Made by a program: the position numbers and the translations under genes
NCBI GenBank assembly: GCA_964549935.1
Contig: CAZJVT010000002.1
Coordinates: 40,993-104,992, forward strand
Length of the DNA: 64,000 nucleotides
Direction of reading: 5' to 3'
DNA from: an uncultured Candidatus Saccharibacteria bacterium
Lineage (GTDB): Bacteria > Patescibacteriota > Minisyncoccia > UBA6257 > 1-14-0-10-44-23
Part shown: positions 16,626-26,619 of the stretch, piece after piece
Numbering within the stretch: the stretch's first letter is position 1
Layout of the letters: each line of letters starts with the position of its first letter
The notes under the pieces: generated by a model
What the model was told of the DNA's origin: nothing
The model's input: the letters and a program-made list of their open reading frames with translations, nothing else
Database searches by the model: none

Positions 16626-19094
16626 ATGTACATCGCTCTTGCGATCGGACTCGTAATTGCCATAATAACCGCCTTCATTCTTCTGCGCCGTTTCAAACAA
16701 ACGGGCGAATTTTCGCACTCACTCGGACTAGGGCTTCTTAAAATTCAACTCCCGCCGGCTGACCAAAACCAACAACAGGATCAAAAGTTCACCGTTACCG
16801 ACCTGCGCGAGAAAATTGCCGTCATGGAACAGGTGTATAACCAGCTCGCCTCGATTCACGAGGGTGCCTTCCACACTTTTTTGTACGGTAAGCCGTTCTT
16901 TAGCCTCGAACTTGCCGTTCCCCATGTTGGCCAACAGGTCGTCTACTACTTTGCAATTCCCCGCCGCTACGTAACGAGCGCAGAAAAGCTAATCCAGGGT
17001 GTCTACCCGGAGGCGACGATTGAACCGATTAACGATTACACCATCTTCCACCCGACAAGTATCGCGGCCGCCGCAACGCTACGCGCGCGCAGCCGCTATC
17101 TCCCGCTTAAGAGCTACCCGTTAATGGAATCCGACCCATTGGCAAGCATTTTGAACTCGTTCAGTAAAATTGCCCACGAAGGCGAAGGTATGGCCTTGCA
17201 GCTGGTTTGCACCAAGGCGGCAAAGGAATGGAATCACAAGCTTGCGCGTCTTACGCGTCATCTACGTGCCGGGAAAACTTTGAGCAAGGCACTTGTCGAC
17301 GTCAATAAGAATGCGCTGCTGAAAAGTTTTAAAAAGACGCTCAACGACGGCGGTAAAAATAAAAACGAGCCAACCTACAGCGTGGACGAAGAAGAAAAAG
17401 GTGTTGTCAACGAATCTTTGGTTAAAATTGTCGAATCAAAAGCCTCAAAAATTTTGTTTGATGTTAACCTGCGTCTTGTAACTGCCGCGCCGACCGCAGA
17501 ACGCGCCGAACAGCTGCTCCAGGAGTTAGAAACGCCCTTTGCGCAGTACACCAACGAAGAAACGAACGCTTTAACCGCCAACGTTGAACACGGACGCACT
17601 TTGCAGCGTACTATCTACCACTACGCCTTTCGCATGCCGGATTCCGCCGGCCGTATGACGCTTTCCGCCGAAGAACTAACCAGCATTCTCCACTTGCCAA
17701 ACACCGCAATCGGCGCCCGTAATATCGCCTCCGTAAAAGCCAAAGCTGCTGCTGCACCTGTCACCGTCCCCCGCGAAGGTCTTTTGCTGGGTGCCAACGT
17801 CTACCGTGGCACCGAGACTCCTATTTATATGACCCCGGAGGACCGCCTGCGACACTTCTACATCATCGGACAAACCGGTACCGGTAAGACCTATATGATG
17901 CGCAATATGATTATTCAAGATATTGCCGCTGGCCACGGTGTCTGCTTTATTGACCCGCACGGCGATATGGTGGAAGAAATCCTCGGCTGTGTGCCGCCGG
18001 AACGCATCAAAGACGTCATCTATTTCAACCCCGGCGACGTCGCTCGCCCAATGGGTCTAAATATGCTCGAGTACGACACTAATTATCCGGAACAAAAAAC
18101 GTTTGTTATCAACGAGCTCTTAGAGATCTTCAACAAGCTCTACGATATGAAAACGGCGGGCGGTCCGATGTTCGAGCAGTACTTCCGCAATGCCACGGGA
18201 CTCGTAATGGATGATCCGGAAAGCGGCAACACCCTGCTTGAAATTAACCGTGTCTTCGTGGATAAAAAGTTCCGCGACTACAAACTCTCCCGCTGTAAAA
18301 ACCCGCTGATTAAAACCTTCTGGCGTGACGTAGCCGAAAAAGCCGGTGGCGACGCCTCGCTCCAGAACATCGTCCCCTACATCAGCTCTAAGTTCGACTC
18401 CTTCTTGTCGAATGAAATTATGCGACCAATCGTCAGCCAAGAACACTCGGCCTTTAAGCTCCGCGAGGTCATGGATACCCAAAAGATTTTGCTTATCAAT
18501 TTGAGCAAGGGCCGCCTGGGCGAGCTCAACTCCTCGATGATTGGTCTTATTATGGTCGGCAAAATCCTTATGGCCGCCTTTAGCCGTGGCGATATGCCGG
18601 CGGCCCAGCGCAAAGACTTCTTCTTGTATGCTGATGAGTTCCAAAATGTCGCCACTGCAACTATCGAAACGATTCTGTCCGAGGCCCGTAAGTACCGCCT
18701 TGGCCTCATCATTGCCCACCAGTTCATTGCCCAGCTCGAAGACGATATCAAAGACGCGGTATTTGGCAACGTCGGGTCAATGGCGGCGTTTCGTGTTGGC
18801 GCGGAGGATGGCGAGCTCCTGGAAAAACAATTTGGTCCGGTCTTCTCGCAGCGCGACCTCATCAACATCGACAACCGTAACTGCTACGTTCGTATGCTGA
18901 TTAACGGACAGACTGCCCTGCCGTTTAGTATGAAAACGCTCGCGGGACCAAAGAGCAACCCGGATATCGCCGCAAAAGCGAAGGAGTACAGCCGCCTCGT
19001 CTATGGTCGCGACCGCGAAATTGTCGAGGAGGAGATGATGGTCAAGTTCAATGCGGTTGACCAGGCCAAACAGGCCGCTAAAAGCCCCTTTTAG
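16626..19094 (+). CDS. Membrane-anchored P-loop ATPase of the TraG/VirD4/TraD (DUF87-like) family.
   Basis: N-terminal TM helix. Walker A IIGQTGTGKT, Walker B FFLYADEFQN, and RKYRLGLIIAHQFIAQL typical of type IV coupling proteins. Confidence 0.7.
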   Translation: MYIALAIGLVIAIITAFILLRRFKQTGEFSHSLGLGLLKIQLPPADQNQQQDQKFTVTDLREKIAVMEQVYNQLASIHEGAFHTFLYGKPFFSLELAVPHVGQQVVYYFAIPRRYVTSAEKLIQGVYPEATIEPINDYTIFHPTSIAAAATLRARSRYLPLKSYPLMESDPLASILNSFSKIAHEGEGMALQLVCTKAAKEWNHKLARLTRHLRAGKTLSKALVDVNKNALLKSFKKTLNDGGKNKNEPTYSVDEEEKGVVNESLVKIVESKASKILFDVNLRLVTAAPTAERAEQLLQELETPFAQYTNEETNALTANVEHGRTLQRTIYHYAFRMPDSAGRMTLSAEELTSILHLPNTAIGARNIASVKAKAAAAPVTVPREGLLLGANVYRGTETPIYMTPEDRLRHFYIIGQTGTGKTYMMRNMIIQDIAAGHGVCFIDPHGDMVEEILGCVPPERIKDVIYFNPGDVARPMGLNMLEYDTNYPEQKTFVINELLEIFNKLYDMKTAGGPMFEQYFRNATGLVMDDPESGNTLLEINRVFVDKKFRDYKLSRCKNPLIKTFWRDVAEKAGGDASLQNIVPYISSKFDSFLSNEIMRPIVSQEHSAFKLREVMDTQKILLINLSKGRLGELNSSMIGLIMVGKILMAAFSRGDMPAAQRKDFFLYADEFQNVATATIETILSEARKYRLGLIIAHQFIAQLEDDIKDAVFGNVGSMAAFRVGAEDGELLEKQFGPVFSQRDLINIDNRNCYVRMLINGQTALPFSMKTLAGPKSNPDIAAKAKEYSRLVYGRDREIVEEEMMVKFNAVDQAKQAAKSPF

Positions 19095-19125
19095 TGTTCA
19101 CGAACATACGAACTAACGAAACATA

Positions 19126-19492
19126 CTAACGGGACTTGAAAGCGTCGTTAACAATGCGGCGATAACGTACGCCATCTTTAGTGAAGTACACAAGAATCCC
19201 AAGTTGATAGTTCGTAGACCGTAGGTACGTTAAAACTTGCCGCGCCTGGGCATAGCCAATCATTGGCGATACTTTAAGTTCAAGAATTATTTTATTATCA
19301 ACAACAAAGTCAGCAAAATATTTACTTATAACTTGCCCTCTAATCAAAATCGGAATATAAACTTCTTTTTCAAAAGGAATTCCTTTTTCTTTAAAAATCA
19401 AAGCGAGCGCCTTTTGATAATCTTTTACCAACATCGAAAATAACGCCCATCACTTTATAGCTGAGCTCTGGATGGATAAGCTTGGTCTCCAT
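19126..19492 (-). pseudogene. GxxExxY (PD-(D/E)XK-like) family gene, disrupted by a small internal deletion/frameshift.
   Basis: Frame A encodes METKLIHPELSYKVMGVIFDV then stops. Frame B encodes MLVKDYQKALALIFKEKGIPFEKEV...ADFVVDNKIILELK. About 13 codons of the family core (HxxLGPGLLE..Y) are replaced by 7 nt near 19420-19430. Confidence 0.5.
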
Positions 19493-19532
19493 ATCCGTTC
19501 GGATGATTAGGTCGTTCGTATGTTAGTGAACA

Positions 19533-20282
19533 CTATTTATCGAATTCGTCACGGGCCTTGGAGGTTCGGATAATGTCCATCGCCTCCTCTGCCGTATCAA
19601 CGACGCTGATGATTTCTAAATCAACCTCATCAATGCCGTCAAACTTTGCAAATACGTCCTCTTTAATCCATTTGATGAGCGGCTCCCAATACTCTTTGCC
19701 GACGACAATAACCGGAATGTGAGTGGCAATCTTTTTTGTCTGGATGAGCGTGATCATCTCAAAAAACTCATCAAGCGTGCCAAATCCGCCCGGGAAGTAT
19801 ACATACGCCTGCGCGGAGTACGCGAGCATCAAACGACGCGTAAAGAAATAGTGAAATCCGTGGGCGCGGTTGACGTAGGGATTGATACGTTGCTCAACCG
19901 GCAACTGAATGTTGAGCCCGACGGCTTCCCCGCCCGCTTCGTGAGCTCCCTGGTTGGCAGCCTGCATAATGCCCGGACCGCCACCCGTTACAACTGCAAA
20001 ACCGGCTTTGGCCAACAAGGTGCCGAACTTGCGTGACTCTTCATACCAAGGACTCCCGGGGGCGCAGCGCGCCGAACCATATACGGTTACCGAACGGCGA
20101 AAGTTGGCGATAAACTCAAAGCCCTCAACAAGCTCGGCAAGAATACGCCAAACGCGCCAGTGCATCGAGGAACGAAAATCCATCGGCTCTTTCACTTGCG
20201 GCAAATGCGAAGCAGGAACATTCAGTGAGGTGTTCCGATGCGCTTCGTGAGCATTGTGGTTTTCTTTTTTACGAAAAATCAT
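19533..20282 (-). CDS. LOG-family protein (cytokinin riboside 5'-monophosphate phosphoribohydrolase / TIGR00730).
   Basis: VTVYGSAR...AVVTGGGPGIMQAANQGA...PGGFGTLDEFFE motifs. Confidence 0.85.
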   Translation of the reverse strand: MIFRKKENHNAHEAHRNTSLNVPASHLPQVKEPMDFRSSMHWRVWRILAELVEGFEFIANFRRSVTVYGSARCAPGSPWYEESRKFGTLLAKAGFAVVTGGGPGIMQAANQGAHEAGGEAVGLNIQLPVEQRINPYVNRAHGFHYFFTRRLMLAYSAQAYVYFPGGFGTLDEFFEMITLIQTKKIATHIPVIVVGKEYWEPLIKWIKEDVFAKFDGIDEVDLEIISVVDTAEEAMDIIRTSKARDEFDK

Positions 20283-20338
20283 AGTAACGGCAATACTTAA
20301 AAAGTATGCTTTAAGTATACCAGACAGTTTACGCTCGC

Positions 20339-20761
20339 TTACAATTTAATTCGGTAAAAATTGGTATCTACTTTCGTGAAACCAACTTTCTGATACAAAA
20401 CATTGGCGGCTTCGCGAGACGGCTGGCTCGTCAGCGTAACACGTGTAGCCCCGCTTTCTTTCGCCCGAGCAATAACGGCATTCATAATTTTTGTCCCGAG
20501 CCCCTTGCCCCGATACGTCTCGTCAACCACGACGTGATTAACTTCTGCGACAAAGTTAGATAACGTTGGAACATAGGTTATAAAAGCCATCGCGATCAGA
20601 TTATCACTATCTTTTATGCACAAAAAATCCGCGCCTTTCTCAATCATTCTACGCAACGTTTCTTCTTTTGGCGCAGGCTTATCAGGCGAAAGCTGCGCAT
20701 AAAGTGCTTTCACGCGATTAAAGTCCGACTCCGAAAATGTTTTTAGAATTTCGGCTTGCAT
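20339..20761 (-). CDS. GNAT-family N-acetyltransferase.
   Basis: Acetyl-CoA-binding motif VVDETYRGKGLGTKIM. Confidence 0.85.
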   Translation of the reverse strand: MQAEILKTFSESDFNRVKALYAQLSPDKPAPKEETLRRMIEKGADFLCIKDSDNLIAMAFITYVPTLSNFVAEVNHVVVDETYRGKGLGTKIMNAVIARAKESGATRVTLTSQPSREAANVLYQKVGFTKVDTNFYRIKL

Positions 20762-20766
20762 ACTCT

Positions 20767-22236
20767 TTACTCAAACTTTCCTCCAAAAGCTTCTTCTTTT
20801 ACTTCGGCTTTTGCAGTTTTAAATTTAGCAATCTCATCACCAAGGCCAACATCGACTCCGTGATCCTTCAGAAGCGCGGCCAATAAGATGCGGGGCGCCG
20901 GTTTTACCTCTGCGTTAAATAGATCGCGCATTACCTCTACGCCCTCATCTTGAGAAATATTTTTCACATTGATATTTTTATCGAGAATTGCTCCTAGTCG
21001 CTCATATGCAGTTTTCGCGCCAATAGGCTGCTTGGCTCCGTCCGGGCCAATTCGGCTTTGCTGTAACTCTTTAAATCCGGCGATAATTTCGTTTCGAAAA
21101 ACTTCTTTCGGGGTAAGCTTTTTTGCTTCAACTTTAGGAGCTGCTGCCGGTTTCTCGGCCGGCGCACTGACAATCGGACGGCGCTCCTTACGAGCTGCAA
21201 CATCTTTTGCTGCAACCTCTTTCCAGGCCGGAATCTTCAGCGGATTCTTTTCGGGCGCCGGTGCTTTTGGCTGACCGAAACCAAGCAATTTTTTGTACCA
21301 AGGGATCTTGGCAGGAACAGCGGGCTCAATCGACTCCTCCGACATTATCGGAATCTCCTGGGTAATTGCCGCGGCTTCATTTGCAGAAATAACCGTCTCC
21401 GGCTTTAGTTCGTTAACAACAACCTCTTCGGGTACCGGAGACGGAACCTCTTCGGCTACAGGGGCGGCAATCCGTTCCGGCGCCACAGCGACCGCCTCTC
21501 CGGACGCAGATTTTTCGAGATCAGCCTTTGCCGGCTGATTAGCCAAAGTTACTGCAAGCTTTGCTGCTTCCTCGACTTTTACCGCTAAGTCGCTCCTGCC
21601 TATACGGTTAAAAAATGCGCTAGCACCTTCAGGGGTTTGTTCATGCAGCTTTTCTTTATTCAAGCGAAGGAAAGCGTTAACCGCCTCCAACTTATCGGCA
21701 CTACTGCTGGCTGCGTTCTCCCATGTTGGCGAGAGCATTTTGTGAGCACTCTCAAAAAGCTCAGCTAGGTATTTATCCTGTCGCGCAGCTGCCTCGCGCG
21801 CGACACGGAGATTCGCCTCACGTTCGTCGCCTGCAGTTGGCTTCGCCACACTTTCGGTGACAGGTGTCGATATATTGACGGCATCCGCGGAAAGAAGACC
21901 CTGTTCAGATACTTTCATCGGCTCCGGCTGCTGTACTTCGACAACTGCCGGTTTCGGCGCGATCGACTCGTCTAAAAGCTGCGGAGGGGGCGGAAGAACC
22001 ACTGATTCATCATCAAAAGCCGGAGCGGTCTGCGAATGAACGGTCTCGATCACGGAGGGGGCGGCAACAACCTCGGGGGTGGGAGTTGTCTCGATCGGCT
22101 TCTTCGCGGAACCTTGTTCAGCAAGAAATGCGGCAAAAGCTTTGTTGTTCGCGGCGAGATTTTCGGTAAGAGTTGCTAAGCTAGGTTTTTTATCTCCCAT
22201 CATTACCTCTTCAATGCCCTGTTCAGTCTGTGTCAT
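20767..22236 (-). CDS. Hypothetical Ala/Pro/Glu-rich low-complexity protein.
   Basis: 489-aa ORF with repetitive PAPE/AAPV tracts, directly downstream of the FtsK-gamma-domain protein. Confidence 0.45.
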   Translation of the reverse strand: MTQTEQGIEEVMMGDKKPSLATLTENLAANNKAFAAFLAEQGSAKKPIETTPTPEVVAAPSVIETVHSQTAPAFDDESVVLPPPPQLLDESIAPKPAVVEVQQPEPMKVSEQGLLSADAVNISTPVTESVAKPTAGDEREANLRVAREAAARQDKYLAELFESAHKMLSPTWENAASSSADKLEAVNAFLRLNKEKLHEQTPEGASAFFNRIGRSDLAVKVEEAAKLAVTLANQPAKADLEKSASGEAVAVAPERIAAPVAEEVPSPVPEEVVVNELKPETVISANEAAAITQEIPIMSEESIEPAVPAKIPWYKKLLGFGQPKAPAPEKNPLKIPAWKEVAAKDVAARKERRPIVSAPAEKPAAAPKVEAKKLTPKEVFRNEIIAGFKELQQSRIGPDGAKQPIGAKTAYERLGAILDKNINVKNISQDEGVEVMRDLFNAEVKPAPRILLAALLKDHGVDVGLGDEIAKFKTAKAEVKEEAFGGKFE

Positions 22237-22257
22237 AATTAGTTTTTATTATAATAC

Positions 22258-24294
22258 CTAAAGACCGTTAAAAAACTGCTCCCACTGCTCTTTCGCAACC
22301 TTAATTTCTCTTGCTCCGGTCGGCACATCCGGACCGGCTATCCCGGCTTCAGTCATCTGATCTAAAATTCTGACCCCACGCGCATACCCGATGCCAAGCT
22401 CGCGCTGTAAAACAACGGCACTCGCCCTTCCCCTTTTAAGCACGACGTTAACAGCGTCCTTAAAGAGCGGATCAAGTTCCATGTGGTGCAAGACACTTAA
22501 ATCCACGCTCCCTGGAGTAACCTCACTTGTTGATTCGAGCGAGTGTTGCTCGGCGATAGCTTGATGAAGGGTGCCGATGACTCCTTTTAGATGTAACTCC
22601 GGGTCAAGAAGATAGCCCTGTGAACTAATCGCAAGTTTGTCTATCTCCTGAATGAGCCCCTTGGTTGCGGCGGTTATTGACCCGGCAGAGCCTCGCAAGA
22701 AATTTGCCACTTCCGCATTTTTATCACTCAATGTTCCGCTTTCGCGCATCCCGGAAAGAATCCTGATATTCGCCAAGACATCCGCTAAAGCATTCTTTAA
22801 AGGGGTGAGGCTGTCTCGAAACACCGCGAGTTCGCTTGAATCTGAAACACTATCAATATCGGCGACGAGCTGATCGATAGAAGCGATTATCGTTCCGGTC
22901 ATTTCTACAAACATTTTTTCCACCCGTGCTAAGGCGCCGGCGTCAAAGTTTTCAATCGCAAGACCGCCAAAAGCATTTAGATTAGCAACAGTCTCTTCTA
23001 ACCCGTGCTTAATCGCGGAAAGCCCGGGGCGTGCCTCAAAACGGGCTTCGGCAGATTTTTTGCTTTCTATCCCGCCGGAAGCTTGCTTCGATTCTTCGAC
23101 ATTCGGCATATCCTCCAGCATACCATCTTCAGGGATAGGTTCGCTAAGTGCAATTCCTTTATCAGAGATATTCCCGCCGGGCTCGAACGCCAGAGTAGAA
23201 CCATTAACCTTTAACAAAGTGTCCGGCCCTACCTCCCGAGGATTTACTAAGAAAGCTTCTTCGTCGGGCTGGCCAGGGCTAGCTTCTCCGGTTGCTGCGA
23301 CCGGCGATGCGTCTTCGCCGCCACTCTGCCTTTCGGGGATATCAGTAGCCTCCCCTGCTCCCGCAGAAATACCGGAAACATTGCTCGACGATTGAATTGC
23401 CCCATCATTAGTCGGTCTGCTTTGCTCCCCCACTGCTTCCTCTGCAGCTGCGGGCGTAACCGCCAAGCTTTCGCGAGCAGGCGGGATGGTCTTCTGCTTC
23501 GCCTGCTGCTCCATTGCCTTCCGAACCTCCCGCATCCGTTCTTCGGCTTTTTCTTTCGCCATCGCATCGGCTTCGCTTTGGCTTATTTTCTTTTTTATGC
23601 CAAGCCTGTCCATCACCTTATCGAACCAATTTTTTTTCGGGGTCTCCAGACGAGCGCGCGCAGACTCGCCATACGCATATGCCTGCATGAAACTGTTCGC
23701 GCTGTCGGTAAGAAAAGCGAGGAGTGGCTGCAGCTCTGCGACTCTCTGATACTCCCCGGGATCTACCGCGCGAGCCCTATCAATGATTGTTTGAACTCCT
23801 TTAACCTGCTTATCTTTTGACAATTTCTTAAAATCGTTGCCATAGAGCCATTGAACTCCGGCCTTTCCTAATAAAACAATTTCTTGGCGTTTTTTGCGCA
23901 ATTTTTCGTCGGTAACTAGCCTTCCTGAATCTGCCGGATTCTTTGCTTCATTCGCAATTTCTTCCGTCGTTTTGAGCAAGAAAGACAATAACCATGCTTT
24001 TTCTTGCTCGAGCGCCTTGAGTCGCTGCTCTCTCGAAGCAATAGCGCGACGCTCTTCCATAAGAACCCCTCGCAGATTACGCAGCTGCTCCGGAGTACGA
24101 CTCTGATTTATTGCCTCTTCAGTGGCCTTAACCTCGTCCTTAAAATGATTAAGTTCGAGATTGGCTACAGCAATTTCTTGAGGAATAGCAAGGAGCCTCT
24201 GTTTAGCAACTTCTTTTTGTTTGGTCCTTTCTTCTAAGGCCTTTTTACCGGAGGGGTCTTGGATAGCGTCAAGAAAATCCATACTAAAATTCAT
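22258..24294 (-). CDS. Coiled-coil protein with a C-terminal FtsK-gamma (winged-helix, KOPS-binding type) domain and no translocase motor.
   Basis: C-terminus ASAVVLQRELGIGYARGVRILDQMTEAGIAGP matches the FtsK/SpoIIIE gamma-domain signature. The N-terminal ~600 aa are coiled-coil or low-complexity. Confidence 0.55.
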   Translation of the reverse strand: MNFSMDFLDAIQDPSGKKALEERTKQKEVAKQRLLAIPQEIAVANLELNHFKDEVKATEEAINQSRTPEQLRNLRGVLMEERRAIASREQRLKALEQEKAWLLSFLLKTTEEIANEAKNPADSGRLVTDEKLRKKRQEIVLLGKAGVQWLYGNDFKKLSKDKQVKGVQTIIDRARAVDPGEYQRVAELQPLLAFLTDSANSFMQAYAYGESARARLETPKKNWFDKVMDRLGIKKKISQSEADAMAKEKAEERMREVRKAMEQQAKQKTIPPARESLAVTPAAAEEAVGEQSRPTNDGAIQSSSNVSGISAGAGEATDIPERQSGGEDASPVAATGEASPGQPDEEAFLVNPREVGPDTLLKVNGSTLAFEPGGNISDKGIALSEPIPEDGMLEDMPNVEESKQASGGIESKKSAEARFEARPGLSAIKHGLEETVANLNAFGGLAIENFDAGALARVEKMFVEMTGTIIASIDQLVADIDSVSDSSELAVFRDSLTPLKNALADVLANIRILSGMRESGTLSDKNAEVANFLRGSAGSITAATKGLIQEIDKLAISSQGYLLDPELHLKGVIGTLHQAIAEQHSLESTSEVTPGSVDLSVLHHMELDPLFKDAVNVVLKRGRASAVVLQRELGIGYARGVRILDQMTEAGIAGPDVPTGAREIKVAKEQWEQFFNGL

Positions 24295-24321
24295 ACATTA
24301 GAATGTATTTTGATGGTGTTG

Positions 24322-24392
24322 TGGACCTGAGGAGAATCGAACTCCTACCTCCTCCATGCCATGGAGATGTAATACCATTTTACTACAGGCCC
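24322..24392 (-). tRNA. tRNA-Ala (anticodon GGC).
   Basis: Acceptor GGGCCTG/CAGGTCC with the G3:U70 alanine identity pair. Anticodon loop ATGGCAT, T-arm AGGAGTTCGATTCTCCT. Confidence 0.75.
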
Positions 24393-24534
24393 AGTTGAAC
24401 GAAGTGATACTGGCGCTACTAGGAACATCGGCGGAGCCGATTCCTATAGTAGCAAGATTACCCAGATTCGTCTCCTGCGAGGAGACGATAATCTTACTAC
24501 AGGCCCAGTTGAACGAAGTAATACTGGTGTTAGC
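24393..24534 (-). repeat. tRNA-Ala 5'-flanking mini-element.
   Basis: A ~41-nt direct repeat (TTACTACAGGCCCAGTTGAACGAAGTRATACTGG..) covers tRNA nt 1-13 plus upstream flank, at 24380-24420 and 24494-24534. It brackets 73 nt containing the hairpins AGGAA..TTCCT and CGTCTCCTcgcAGGAGACG. Confidence 0.65.
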
Positions 24535-24589
24535 AAACCAGCTCTGCGAATCGCTAACTGGGATATTGTACGATAAAGTCGAATTCATA

Positions 24590-25123
24590 TCAAGCCTTAG
24601 TCTTGTTAAGTCGAACCTCTTCGTAGACCTTCATAATTGTATCGCGCGCATACTCTGGATAGCGGATACCAAAGACGAGTATCTCACGTGATTCAGCAGC
24701 GGTCTGGATATAGAGATTGCCGAACTTAAAAAAAGTCGGGAAGATTCCAAGCACCTCGACTTTGACATCTTCAATTTTTTCCAGCGGGCATACGGCAATG
24801 TCCCTGGCAAACAATCCGTCCTGCGTCACCTCGATAACGCGTTCGTTAGTGATGATTAAAATGTTCAAATAGTAAATCGTCAGCAGAACAAAGAAGATGA
24901 TAATCATAAGGAGCACCCATCCGCCGACAAAAAATGCAACAAGATTCTGAAACCGATCAGCGCCAAGCGATGCGACTGCCGGGGCAAAAATCGTGTCGTA
25001 AAACGGTATCAGAATAACCGGTAAAAGCGCGCCGAGAATGAGCGGCAATGTCTGGAACAAAAAAATCAGCCAGTGCTTACGGATGCCGACGATAATTTTT
25101 TCGTCCGGTAGTAAATCAATCAT
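24590..25123 (-). CDS. Bacterial PH-domain (bPH_2/YdbT-like) membrane protein.
   Basis: Two TM helices and a C-terminal PH-like domain (GNLYIQTAAESREILVFGIRYP). Confidence 0.65.
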   Translation of the reverse strand: MIDLLPDEKIIVGIRKHWLIFLFQTLPLILGALLPVILIPFYDTIFAPAVASLGADRFQNLVAFFVGGWVLLMIIIFFVLLTIYYLNILIITNERVIEVTQDGLFARDIAVCPLEKIEDVKVEVLGIFPTFFKFGNLYIQTAAESREILVFGIRYPEYARDTIMKVYEEVRLNKTKA

Positions 25124-25350
25124 AATGCACCGTAAGCTAAGTACATAACGCCTAAAAGCACTACTCCTGCTCCGACAAAAAGCAATCTAAACCAAAGCAG
25201 ATGGATGAGGCCAACTCCGTAAGTGCGCCAATGATAATCGAGCACCGCGCCCGCGACAATAAAGCCGATCGCGGCTAAGCCGAGAAGATACGGAACTGAT
25301 CTGACCAAAATATCGGTCGCCGAGAGCGACACGAAGTCTGTAAACGGCAT
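25120..25350 (-). CDS. Small 2-TM membrane protein, hypothetical.
   Basis: 76-aa hydrophobic ORF overlapping the downstream gene by 4 nt. Confidence 0.4.
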   Translation of the reverse strand: MPFTDFVSLSATDILVRSVPYLLGLAAIGFIVAGAVLDYHWRTYGVGLIHLLWFRLLFVGAGVVLLGVMYLAYGAL

Positions 25351-25364
25351 ACCTTCAGTATACC

Positions 25365-26393
25365 TTACTTAGCCGCCGGTTTCAGCTGCCTACGTTTGCG
25401 GTTTTCGATCCAACTGTCCACGCTCCAGTTACCGCCGTCATTAATGACGAGGTAGAGCGCGAGAGCCAATAAAATGTAATGCGGCCAAACCGCCTCTTTA
25501 AAGAAAATCACCGAGAGCACATACAGCCCAAAGGTGGCGAAAGCCGCCAAACGAGTTTCGAAGCCAATGATAATACACAGACCTACAAGAATCTGCGCAA
25601 GGCCGGTGCCAAGCGCGATAAGGAGCGGATCGGAAGGAAAGAGCCAGTGGATGTCAGTCATATGAAACTTCTCCGCGATCTCGACGATAATCGTCGGGTG
25701 CAGCAACTTAATCGTTATCGCCGGGAAAAGCACGGAAATTCCGTAGGTAATTCTGATAATTGGCAGCTCCAGCTCTTGAATCTTTCGTACAAGTCGCTTC
25801 GCCTTCCCGAAAAGCCGATCAATCGAAAAGAACATGGAACCAAAAAGTAGCAAGGCCAAAAACTCACCGACATAGTTAACATAGGTCAGCATATAATCGC
25901 GATACACGATTGTCATCAAAAGCATAAAGAAAAGACCGATAGCGGCCGCAACCCTCGTCCCAATACCAAAAAGCAGCATCAACCCAAGAACGAGTAAAAG
26001 CGGCCGCAACAATGCCCCTCCGGGTAATGACGAAAGTGGAATTTCGGGTCCAAGAAAAACATTGAAGTAGGCCGACATCAAACAGGATATCGCCAGCGCC
26101 ATACGTAGCATCACGTGGCCGACCGGCTCAAGCCGTTTCATCTTCTCGTCAAACAGCAGGCCAATCTTAGAAGACAAGAAAAAGTAATACAGCGTAAAAA
26201 GCACCAGCACGCTTCCGGCAACGCAAATCCCAATAAAAAGATTGTGCGGGTCCTTCAGCGAGCTAAATACATTCAAGCTCCAGTCGTGCATCCCCCGTTC
26301 GATATCCTCTGCCGGTAAAACATAATTTTCGTGCGCGAATGCAAAAGCCGGGATGCCAAAATAAAAAAACAGAATTGCGAGTATTCGTTTCAT
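25365..26393 (-). CDS. Polytopic membrane protein (DoxX-like), hypothetical.
   Basis: 342 aa with a signal peptide and about 8 TM helices. Confidence 0.45.
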   Translation of the reverse strand: MKRILAILFFYFGIPAFAFAHENYVLPAEDIERGMHDWSLNVFSSLKDPHNLFIGICVAGSVLVLFTLYYFFLSSKIGLLFDEKMKRLEPVGHVMLRMALAISCLMSAYFNVFLGPEIPLSSLPGGALLRPLLLVLGLMLLFGIGTRVAAAIGLFFMLLMTIVYRDYMLTYVNYVGEFLALLLFGSMFFSIDRLFGKAKRLVRKIQELELPIIRITYGISVLFPAITIKLLHPTIIVEIAEKFHMTDIHWLFPSDPLLIALGTGLAQILVGLCIIIGFETRLAAFATFGLYVLSVIFFKEAVWPHYILLALALYLVINDGGNWSVDSWIENRKRRQLKPAAK

Positions 26394-26468
26394 AGTATTT
26401 AGTATACCTGGCTTTCTAGGGACGCAGCGACGAACTCTGGATTATTTCGATGATTTTCGTTACTATAG

Positions 26469-26508
26469 TCTCCATTGGAAGCCTGCCTACCGCAGGCAGG
26501 CGTGGCCT
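26469..26508 (+). repeat. 5' partial tRNA-Ser(CGA) copy interrupted by palindromes.
   Basis: GGAAGC[CTGCCTACCGCAGGCAGG]CGTGGC[CTCGGCCACG]. The GGAAGC..GTGGC pieces match tRNA nt 1-11. Palindrome at 26475-26492. Confidence 0.65.
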
Positions 26509-26532
26509 CGGCCACGTATTCTTAAAACCAAT

Positions 26533-26619
26533 GGAAGCGTGGCTGAGTGGTCGAAGGCACCGCACTCGAAATGCGGCAGGCTCGAAAGGGCCTCGGAGGT
26601 TCAAATCCTCCCGCTTCCG
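26533..26619 (+). tRNA. tRNA-Ser (anticodon CGA).
   Basis: Acceptor GGAAGCG/CGCTTCC, anticodon loop CTCGAAA, long variable arm, T-arm GGAGGTTCAAATCCTCC. Confidence 0.85.

Noticed and set aside
24374-24534. CRISPR array, suggested by two ~41-nt direct repeats 120 nt apart.
   Set aside because: Only two copies. The repeat contains the 5' end of tRNA-Ala plus flank, and the spacer is hairpin-rich. This fits the tRNA-flanking mini-element pattern, not CRISPR.
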